This document shows, one piece after another, positions 25,757 to 32,000 of a stretch of DNA of 32,000 bases (its first letter is position 1; every line of letters begins with the position of its first letter). The translations under genes were made by a program, and so were the position numbers. The DNA comes from Candidatus Saccharimonadota bacterium (GTDB lineage: Bacteria > Patescibacteriota > Gracilibacteria > UBA4473): NCBI GenBank assembly GCA_030429505.1, contig JAUIFI010000001.1, forward strand, positions 780,001 through 812,000, given 5' to 3'. The notes under the pieces are model-generated. The model had not been told where the DNA came from, did not search any database, and saw only the letters and a list, made by a program, of their open reading frames with translations.

Positions 25757-25913
25757 GAAACGGTGAAGATTTTCACGAGACATTTATTTCTTGAGAAAAT
25801 CTTCTCAATTAAATTCGTTTGTGGTGGTGAGCGATCATAAAAGAAGGGATGAACGCACCCTTCTAGGGGAGTTACCAGGCGGGTTCTGTGGTGGGAACCC
25901 GTCTGATTTTTTT
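25757..25913 (+). ncRNA. Candidate small RNA (about 150 nt), family not recognised
   Basis: Bounded by a possible promoter (TTGACA 25727..25732, 17 nt, TAAAAG 25750..25755) and a strong plus-strand terminator (25876..25913). It starts after the tuf terminator. No credible ORF. Contains mutually exclusive hairpins (GAAGATTTT/AAAATCTTC vs TTGAGAA/TTCTCAA) and GAAGGG/CCCTTC. Confidence 0.3.
25876..25913 (+). terminator. Strong Rho-independent terminator (second one downstream of tuf)
   Basis: CAGGCGGGTTC-tgtggtgg-GAACCCGTCTG (11 bp, one G-U pair) followed by A and T7. The orientation is plus-specific: there is no T-run on the other strand. Confidence 0.7.
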
Positions 25914-26127
25914 ATGTCTGTTTAGGACAGAAGCCATTCTAAAGATGTCTAGCACCAGATGCTCCTCTCAAGTCATATCAGGGATAGCCTGTTTCTATTT
26001 AGTTCAAAACGTTTCCAGCCCCATCTCAAAATCATCTCCAGCTAGTACTATTACTTATTCTATAGTTCGAAAAAAAAGGAATGCGACCAACAAAGAGAAC
26101 CAGTCTCTCAATGCTTAATTCGTAATT

Positions 26128-27558
26128 CTAATAGATCTCCTTATCCGGAAATGAATCTTCTCTATCAATCCGCAACTTCAACCGATCACCATCTTCAGCA
26201 TCATTACGAATACGACCTGTAATCGTAACACGCATACTTCCAGAAATCACCTGATCCGCATCAAACGACAAGAAAGCATTGCCCGCACTCCCGGAAAAAC
26301 TATTCACCGTATCTTCTCTTCGACCATTAATATACAACTCAAACGGTCCGAATGTCGCATCAAAGTCCGCCAATTCATTTCCTGTTCCATTCCCATCTTT
26401 ATCACTCGCTCGAGTCCCAGAAGCTACAAATGCTCGTAGCTCCTCAATCATAACTTGCCCTTTACTACTCACATACGTATCCAAAAATACCACATCTCTT
26501 GATCCTGGATTATAAGACTGATTCCATAAATACGAGGGAGAGAGAGAAGACCTGCGACTTCGATACGATGAAGAAGAACCCCTACTCACCTGAAAACCTC
26601 CAGGACGAATCTGATAAGAACGCCCTTGTATATCTTGACCAGAAGACCGAACTTGATACGAACTATTGACTTCACGCCCTACCAAGTCCGATTGATTATC
26701 CAATACCAAAGATACAGTCTCTCCATAACGAGGCACCACTACCTCTCCCCATACCGAAAGTGTCTCACTTCTTCCTGCCTCCAAGACATAACCATTGATA
26801 TATTCATCACCAAAAATAAACTGAACATTCTTTCGTCCCACCACACTCTCACGAGAAATTTGACGATTACCACGATTATACAAATACAAAGAACTAAATA
26901 CTTCATCCAAATCCGCCGAACCCGCATTTTTCAGAGACAAGGATTGAAGTGTAATATCCTTTCGTCCATTATTTTCTAACCGAAATCGCCCCAATCTTTG
27001 CCATCCGGAATAAATCGTGACATTCGATCCTCCTCCCAAAGGTTCTAACTTCAACTCTGAAACCGCATACGAACTTACCTCTTGCTGAGATTGCAAAGAA
27101 GCACCAGCACTCTCACTTCGAAGTGCCCCATCAGTTTCAATCCCCTCCAATACAAACCCAACCGTTCGTCCAAAATTCTCCATATCTAGATTCGCCGTAA
27201 TCACAACCTCTCGAACTTCTCCATTACGAATCAATAAAGGTCCCAAAAAACGCAATCGCGCCACATCATCATTACTCACAGAACCTCTCAGAGATCTCGT
27301 GTAACCAGCCCACGCCCGCACGGAATCAATATCACTAGAACTACTCAGCCCCGTCCGTCTCACATCAATCGAAGATACCGAAACATCCCCCCCCATAGCC
27401 TGCAATTTCAAAGATAAAAAAGGAATACTCACACCATTTCTCGGCAAAACTCCTCGACCTAAAGACCTCTGAGACACTTCCAAAGTCCCCGATGCCATCA
27501 CCGGAAAAGCAAACACCAAACCAAATGAAATCAAAAGTAAATTTCGAAATATATTCAT
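26128..27558 (-). CDS. Secreted protein with three divergent repeats of about 125 aa (beta-sandwich-like); function unknown
   Basis: 476 aa from the ATG at 27558. Signal peptide MNIFRNLLLISFGLVFAFPVMASG. The repeats share the pattern h.L.h.a.GgDh.h.Sh.h (e.g. FLSLKLQAMGGDVSVSSIDV, FRLENNGRKDITLQSLSL). Ser/Arg-rich linker. Confidence 0.65.
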   Translation of the reverse strand: MNIFRNLLLISFGLVFAFPVMASGTLEVSQRSLGRGVLPRNGVSIPFLSLKLQAMGGDVSVSSIDVRRTGLSSSSDIDSVRAWAGYTRSLRGSVSNDDVARLRFLGPLLIRNGEVREVVITANLDMENFGRTVGFVLEGIETDGALRSESAGASLQSQQEVSSYAVSELKLEPLGGGSNVTIYSGWQRLGRFRLENNGRKDITLQSLSLKNAGSADLDEVFSSLYLYNRGNRQISRESVVGRKNVQFIFGDEYINGYVLEAGRSETLSVWGEVVVPRYGETVSLVLDNQSDLVGREVNSSYQVRSSGQDIQGRSYQIRPGGFQVSRGSSSSYRSRRSSLSPSYLWNQSYNPGSRDVVFLDTYVSSKGQVMIEELRAFVASGTRASDKDGNGTGNELADFDATFGPFELYINGRREDTVNSFSGSAGNAFLSFDADQVISGSMRVTITGRIRNDAEDGDRLKLRIDREDSFPDKEIY

Positions 27559-27619
27559 GCCATTTTTATACCAGAAATACAAAAATCCCCAAAGAAAAAG
27601 AACTTCCTCCACAAAGGCT

Positions 27620-27648
27620 TTGTGATTCATCGGTTTTTATGGTAAAAT
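27620..27648 (+). promoter_or_regulatory. Putative promoter of the HD-domain gene
   Basis: TTGTGA (27620..27625), 17 nt, TAAAAT (27643..27648). Leader about 11 nt. Confidence 0.4.
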
Positions 27649-27665
27649 AAAAGGAAAAGAAAATC

Positions 27666-28646
27666 ATGCCTCTTTCCTTCCTCAATCAAGAAGCTATTCC
27701 CAATATCCATTTCAAAAACAAAACAGAAGATGGAAAAGTAGTAAACAATGAAATTCTTCAAATCAGAAGAAGAATTTTGCATATTATCGACACACTAGAA
27801 CCACAAGCACAAAGAAATGAACGACATCGAAAAATATACGACATAAAAGAAAGAATTGAGCATTTTACAGAAACAATCACCAATACATTTAAAAGCAACA
27901 AAGAAAAAACACATATATTTAATGCTCTCATTCTTGCTACCGAACTTCATATAGATGAAGAAGACAGACTAGAGGGACAACCATACCTCGGACATGTTTT
28001 AGAAGTCGCTCAAATACTCCTCGATGAATACAAAATCACAGACTACAAAATCATTGTAACAGCCCTTCTCCACGACTCAGTAGAAAATAACGCCATCAAG
28101 CTTGCAAAGATGGAAAATTTTATGGGAAATGAAGACAATGAAGAAGAACAAAGCAAGGAAGATAAAGAAAAAATTACAAGAAGAGCTATATTTCAAATCA
28201 GAACTATATTTGAGCCGAGCATTGCACAAACCATAGAGATACTATCCAAACCAGATTTTCCAGCCATGATTCAAAAAGCATTAGAAGAAGGAAGTAAAGA
28301 ATCTCCCACAACACTTAAAAATAAGTTTTATAACCAATACATTCAAAACATTACACAAGATAAAAAAGCCCTGACCGCCAAATGGGCAGACTTCAAGGTA
28401 AACGCGATAGAAATCATAGAAAGAGTGCCTGAAAGTGAAAAAAAACATCGAAAAATTCTCAAATACAATACCGCCCTCCCCACACTCCTTACAGCCTTTG
28501 AAAACTTAGAAGAAACACATCCACTCTTTCCACATCGAGAAAAAATCATAGAAGACATCAAAAATACACAGACGAAATACGCCCGCTACCTCGAAAACAA
28601 AAAAAGACCTGCCACAAGCAAGTCTTTTTTCATAAAAGCATCATAA
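27666..28646 (+). CDS. HD-domain protein, RelA/SpoT-type (p)ppGpp hydrolase-like (no synthetase domain)
   Basis: 326 aa. GQPYLGHVLEVAQILLDEY...IIVTALLHDSVEN matches the SpoT/Mesh1 hydrolase pattern (G.PY..H...VA.IL......D...I.AALLHD..E). An acidic insertion (NEDNEEEQSKEDKEK) follows the HD motif. Confidence 0.6.
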   Translation: MPLSFLNQEAIPNIHFKNKTEDGKVVNNEILQIRRRILHIIDTLEPQAQRNERHRKIYDIKERIEHFTETITNTFKSNKEKTHIFNALILATELHIDEEDRLEGQPYLGHVLEVAQILLDEYKITDYKIIVTALLHDSVENNAIKLAKMENFMGNEDNEEEQSKEDKEKITRRAIFQIRTIFEPSIAQTIEILSKPDFPAMIQKALEEGSKESPTTLKNKFYNQYIQNITQDKKALTAKWADFKVNAIEIIERVPESEKKHRKILKYNTALPTLLTAFENLEETHPLFPHREKIIEDIKNTQTKYARYLENKKRPATSKSFFIKAS

Positions 28647-28647
28647 A

Positions 28648-29100
28648 CTACTTAGTCTCACATGTAGTACACCCTGTCATACCACAAGGACACATCGGAG
28701 GCGTAACCAAAAGCCCTACCAAAGATGCAACTCCCAAGATGTGAAAGAGAATAACAGGCTCTCTCATTGGCATTTCTCCTGGAATATGAACCGCAAATAA
28801 AGCCACCAAAAGAATAATAAGCTGTCCAAAAAGAGACACTTTGTACAACTGCCAAGGAATAAGTTTTCCTAAAATAACAAAGAGACCTCCCAAAGCTTCG
28901 AAAAGTACAACCAACCAAAAAGCTAGCATCAAAGCTCCTCCGGTCAAACCAAACATATCTCCAAGCATTCCCTGAAACATTTCCGGACTATTAAATTTCA
29001 TAATCCCTGGAATCAGAAAAAGAAGTCCCACCGCTAAACGAACGAGTCCCAAAGCCACATCAGGACGAGACATACACGAAGCCGAATTTCCTTTTTTCAT
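28648..29100 (-). CDS. DoxX family membrane protein with a C-terminal Cys-rich tail
   Basis: 150 aa from the ATG at 29100. Four TM helices with a DoxX-like pattern (LVRLAVGLLFLIPGIMKF ... LFEALGGLFVILG). The tail reads PPMCPCGMTGCTTCETK. The 46-aa track extension is rejected. Confidence 0.7.
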   Translation of the reverse strand: MKKGNSASCMSRPDVALGLVRLAVGLLFLIPGIMKFNSPEMFQGMLGDMFGLTGGALMLAFWLVVLFEALGGLFVILGKLIPWQLYKVSLFGQLIILLVALFAVHIPGEMPMREPVILFHILGVASLVGLLVTPPMCPCGMTGCTTCETK

Positions 29101-29280
29101 GTTTGTTTGTGTGATTAAAAAATGAAAAAGACAAAAAAATTGTACCAAACCCTGTTCAAGAAAAGCAAATTTTTCTCCTAGTCCACCCAAAATAGCGAGT
29201 GTTATAATCATATAACACTCGCTTATTAAACAATTCATTCAGCCCCATGATTCCTCGCAAGCTTTTCTACTGAAAAGCTC

Positions 29281-29520
29281 TCAATAAAACCAATCCATAG
29301 AAGATGATTCCAACACATTAATTTCCCAAAACTTCCCCACAGAACCATCAAGAGTTTCCTGTTCGGAAGAAGTGAGTGGTTGTCCAGTTGCTTGCTTCTG
29401 CCTAACACGCCTCAATTCCCGAGCATAAGGAATATTAGGATGCCGATCGAAAGCAAGTTCTTCTATCCTAAGCTGAAGATCAACCAATTCTGCCTGCACA
29501 GACTCTGCTGAAATTGCCAT
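29281..29520 (-). CDS. Hypothetical small protein (79 aa)
   Basis: ATG at 29520 is preceded by GGAGGAG with 4-nt spacing (6 nt if the core is read as GGAGG), the strongest canonical SD in the window. Predicted N-terminal helix/coiled coil. No recognisable family. Confidence 0.45.
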   Translation of the reverse strand: MAISAESVQAELVDLQLRIEELAFDRHPNIPYARELRRVRQKQATGQPLTSSEQETLDGSVGKFWEINVLESSSMDWFY

Positions 29521-29719
29521 AGTACTCCTCCAAAAAATTATGAAATTGATTGCTTTACCTTCATTTTGTAAGACAAAGAACAATTCCATAACTCAACTTG
29601 AAAGAACACAGTATTTATAAATCTATTCGTATAAAAATCAATGAAAATACTAATAAATATTCACTACTTCCATCACATCTCTACTCTGTTACTGCCACCC
29701 TTACATAAAAACAGTTTTT

Positions 29720-30988
29720 TCATAAACGACATTCAGATAAAGATTCACGAGTCAGCACCTTTGACCGCTCCACCCCGGGCTGATCAAAAGTATTAATATC
29801 CAAAAACTCACCCAAAAACGCCGTCGCTCCCTCAAAAAGAAGAAACAAACCACCCATATTTTCCAGAGAAAGTGTATCCAGAGAAATCATCAAATTCGGA
29901 CGCCCTCCTTCCGTCAGACTCTCTGCTGTCGCCTTATTTTCGGCATGAAGCAAATTTTGAAAACTCACCCCCTTCAAAAATCGAGTCTTATCACTTTCCA
30001 CCAAGACTGGAATCTCCATATCATAGGAAAATTTCTCAACCTGAAGAAACAAAACCAGTTTATCCTTAGGTCCTTCAGCAAAAAGTTGAAGCTGTGAATG
30101 CTGATCCGTCACTCCCAGAGAAGCGATAGGCGTCAAGCCGACACTCTTTCCCTTTGAATTAAACTTGCCCGTAGACTCAGCCAAAAGCTGAGCAAACCAA
30201 CCCGCAAATGTTCGTAATTTCATCACATAAGGCATCAAAACGTTATTGGAATACCCTTTTTCCGAACACAACCACTGCAAAACCGCCAACTGAAACGGCT
30301 TGTTTTCTTCAAAATCTACAGATAAAAATGCATCCCGCATACTCCTCGCTCCTTGCAAAAGAGCACGAATATCCAATCCCACCAAAGCCGCCGGCAAAAG
30401 CCCCACTGGCGTCAATACCGAAAAACGCCCTCCCACATCCTCCGGCACTGAGAAAGTCGGAATCCCATCCTGATCCGCCACCTCACGAAGGAGACCTTTC
30501 TCTCCCGTAATAAAAACCAGATGATCTTTCGCCACCAAACCAGCTTTATCCAAATGTTGGCGAAAGAAAAAATACTGAGCCAAAGTCTCAGGCGTCCCTC
30601 CAGACTTAGAAATAACTAGAAATAAAGTCCTCTTCAAGTTTAAAGCCTCCAAAGCTTCTGATAAAAAAACCGGATCAATATTCTCAAGTACATGAAGTCC
30701 TACTTTTGATTTCTCAAAAAAATTCGCAAACGCATCCCGCAAAGTAATCGTACCCAACGCCGAACCACCAATACCACATACCACGATGTCATCATATTTG
30801 CCCTTCACGCTCTTCGAAAAAGCCTCAATATCAGTTACCATCTCCTCATCATCAATCACCCGATAAAAACCTTGGTTACGAGCATCAATCTGTTTCAAAA
30901 AAGAATCCAATTTTCCCTCCTGAGACTCAAAATCAGCCCTTGATACCACCCCCGAACGAAAAACATTCGAAAAATCGAAATCAATCAT
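29720..30988 (-). CDS. pgi: Glucose-6-phosphate isomerase
   Basis: 422 aa from the ATG at 30988. PGI motifs (GIGGSALG, VISKSGGTPET, GGRFSVLTPVGLLPAA). Starts 10 nt after the tal stop. Confidence 0.9.
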   Translation of the reverse strand: MIDFDFSNVFRSGVVSRADFESQEGKLDSFLKQIDARNQGFYRVIDDEEMVTDIEAFSKSVKGKYDDIVVCGIGGSALGTITLRDAFANFFEKSKVGLHVLENIDPVFLSEALEALNLKRTLFLVISKSGGTPETLAQYFFFRQHLDKAGLVAKDHLVFITGEKGLLREVADQDGIPTFSVPEDVGGRFSVLTPVGLLPAALVGLDIRALLQGARSMRDAFLSVDFEENKPFQLAVLQWLCSEKGYSNNVLMPYVMKLRTFAGWFAQLLAESTGKFNSKGKSVGLTPIASLGVTDQHSQLQLFAEGPKDKLVLFLQVEKFSYDMEIPVLVESDKTRFLKGVSFQNLLHAENKATAESLTEGGRPNLMISLDTLSLENMGGLFLLFEGATAFLGEFLDINTFDQPGVERSKVLTRESLSECRL

Positions 30989-30998
30989 ACAAAAAATA

Positions 30999-31658
30999 TT
31001 AATAAGGTTTTTGGCAGTCCTTACACTTCTCCCAATCCGCCAAAAATGCCGCAATCCCCTTATCCGTCAAAGGATGAGAGACAAGTTTATCAAAAATATT
31101 CGGAGGCATCGTCGCAATATCGACTCCCAACTTCATAGACTCGACCACATGCTTGGGATGACGAACCGACGCTGCCAAAACCTTCGTCATAAAGCCATAG
31201 TTTTGAAAAATCGTCACAATCTCCTGGATCAGATACATTCCATCCCCTGAGATATCATCCACCCGCCCTACAAAAGGCGAGACCAAAGTCGCCCCAGCCT
31301 TCGCCGCCATCACCGCCTGAGACGCAGAAAAGATTAACGTCACATTCGTATGAATACCCTCAGACGATAAAATCTTCACCGCCTTCAAACCTTCTGACGT
31401 CATCGGAATCTTCACATACACATTCTTGTGCCATTTCGCCATCTTACGCCCTTCTTTGATCATCCCCTCGCTATCAGTCGCAATTACTTCAGACGAGATC
31501 GGCCCATCCACCACCTTCGTAATTTCCAAAATCCGAGTCTTCAAATCCACTCCTTCCCTAGCAATCAAGGTGGGATTCGTCGTCACACCATCCACAATCC
31601 CCCACGAAGCATATTTTCTAATATCATCAATGTTCGCCGTATCGAGAAAAAACTGCAT
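30999..31658 (-). CDS. tal: Transaldolase, short type (Fsa/TalC-like)
   Basis: 219 aa. [29 protein letters not shown], catalytic Lys context VYVKIPMT, and SPFVGRVDD. Confidence 0.92.
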   Translation of the reverse strand: MQFFLDTANIDDIRKYASWGIVDGVTTNPTLIAREGVDLKTRILEITKVVDGPISSEVIATDSEGMIKEGRKMAKWHKNVYVKIPMTSEGLKAVKILSSEGIHTNVTLIFSASQAVMAAKAGATLVSPFVGRVDDISGDGMYLIQEIVTIFQNYGFMTKVLAASVRHPKHVVESMKLGVDIATMPPNIFDKLVSHPLTDKGIAAFLADWEKCKDCQKPY

Positions 31659-31684
31659 ACAAAAGAAAGTTAATAAATCTCTTA

Positions 31685-31713
31685 ATTATACCATATCCCA
31701 AAGCAAAAACCAA
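31685..31713 (-). promoter_or_regulatory. Putative tal-pgi promoter with extended -10
   Basis: On the minus strand: TTGGTT (31713..31708), 17 nt including TGg, TATAAT (31690..31685). Leader about 19 nt. Confidence 0.5.
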
Positions 31714-31722
31714 GCACTCGCA

Positions 31723-31752
31723 CAAAGACTTTTAGTCTTTTTTAAAAAAAGA
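31723..31752. terminator. Overlapping hairpins (AAAGACT-ttt-AGTCTTT and GTCTTTTTT/AAAAAAAGAC), possible bidirectional terminator
   Basis: Read directly from the sequence, with A/T runs on both sides. It lies between the 3' end of the last minus-strand ORF and the tal promoter. Confidence 0.35.
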
Positions 31753-31808
31753 CACATACATCTCTGTACGTGCCTTATGAGTTGTTTAAGAGTCCGCTTA
31801 AAATAATT

Positions 31809-32000
31809 TTAGCGCCGGTTTTTCCAGTCATTGTAATCTTGTCTTTCCTCCGCCAAAGATTGTTCGTATGCAGCAGCGTATTCAGCATCAGATAATGGCT
31901 ATTCACCAATACTATTTGCCCATACATCCATAGCAGCATGGAGTGCAATGTCATCCCAATCACCCAAATTGCTTTCCATCAGAAATACCTCGTTGATTTT
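31809..32000 (-). CDS. Partial ORF entering from the window end, interrupted by an in-frame TAG (possible pseudogene)
   Basis: Minus-strand frame: ...KINEVFLMESNLGDWDDIALHAAMDVWANSIGE-TAG(31901..31899)-PLSDAEYAAAYEQSLAEERQDYNDWKNRR-TAA(31811..31809). Both halves look protein-like. No family recognised. Confidence 0.3.

Noticed and set aside
25871-25905. Possible SRP (4.5S) RNA, because of GUUACCAGG preceding a hairpin
   Set aside because: The hairpin is a perfect stem with an 8-nt loop. It lacks the GNRA tetraloop and the conserved symmetric and asymmetric loops of SRP helix 8. It is better explained as a terminator.
25888-26118. 76-aa plus-strand ORF after the second terminator
   Set aside because: Its GTG start lies inside the terminator stem. 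There is no promoter or SD, and the composition is Ser-rich and low-complexity. The internal ATG version (25945) is equally unsupported.
9151-31054. N-terminal extensions in the ORF track (metG +17 aa, adaptor +7, hisS +12, atpA +7, tuf +40, secreted protein +24, DoxX +46, 29281 ORF +23, pgi +22, PCD +62)
   Set aside because: The extensions start at alternative or upstream codons, overlap promoters or neighbouring genes, and precede conserved N-termini that begin at internal ATGs.
31775-31963. 62-aa minus-strand ORF at the window end
   Set aside because: A different frame of the same region gives the more protein-like sequence (the TAG-interrupted frame). This ORF's translation has no features and it starts within that frame.
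1-32000. CRISPR arrays, tRNA/tmRNA genes, transposases or integrases, and known defence or toxin-antitoxin genes
   Set aside because: No regularly spaced direct repeats were found. No T-arm/acceptor-like sequences were seen by eye. No ORF carries the corresponding catalytic motifs.
1-32000. Alternative genetic code (UGA recoding, as in some candidate phyla)
   Set aside because: Housekeeping ORFs are full length under the standard code, and TGA terminates rnpA at the expected length.

Overview
AT-rich, gene-dense chromosomal segment from a small-genome bacterium. The 16S is strongly divergent and looks CPR/Patescibacteria-like, but that is inference and was not checked by any search. Standard genetic code: full-length housekeeping ORFs, with TGA, TAA and TAG all used as stops. 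Content, left to right: a yidC fragment, rnpA and rpmH; an unlinked 16S rRNA gene with a consensus promoter and a flanking processing stem but no 23S, 5S or tRNA; uvrC; three small genes (DUF5665-like membrane protein, YggT, pterin-4a-carbinolamine dehydratase); cysS and a PBP5-type carboxypeptidase. A long minus-strand block follows: metG, a 1184-aa internally duplicated helical-repeat protein, an RND pump and its adaptor, hisS, an isolated V/A-type ATPase A subunit and a peroxiredoxin. Then come an orphan membrane ORF, a stand-alone tuf, a candidate small RNA, a secreted three-repeat protein, an HD-only (p)ppGpp-hydrolase-like protein, a DoxX protein with a Cys-rich tail, a small ORF, and tal-pgi. 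No CRISPR array, tRNA, transposase, integrase or recognisable defence gene was seen. The points most worth a second look are: (1) a family of paired-hairpin palindromic elements (TGTCAT-hairpin ... hairpin-ATGACA) at six intergenic loci, with compensatory stem changes; (2) a 16S 3' tail reading CATCGCCTT instead of CACCTCCTT, together with near-absence of Shine-Dalgarno motifs and TTGACA-type promoters sitting very close to start codons; (3) an adaptor-RND-giant repeat protein operon; (4) an orphan V-type ATPase catalytic subunit; (5) a promoter-to-terminator unit downstream of tuf that may be a small RNA.
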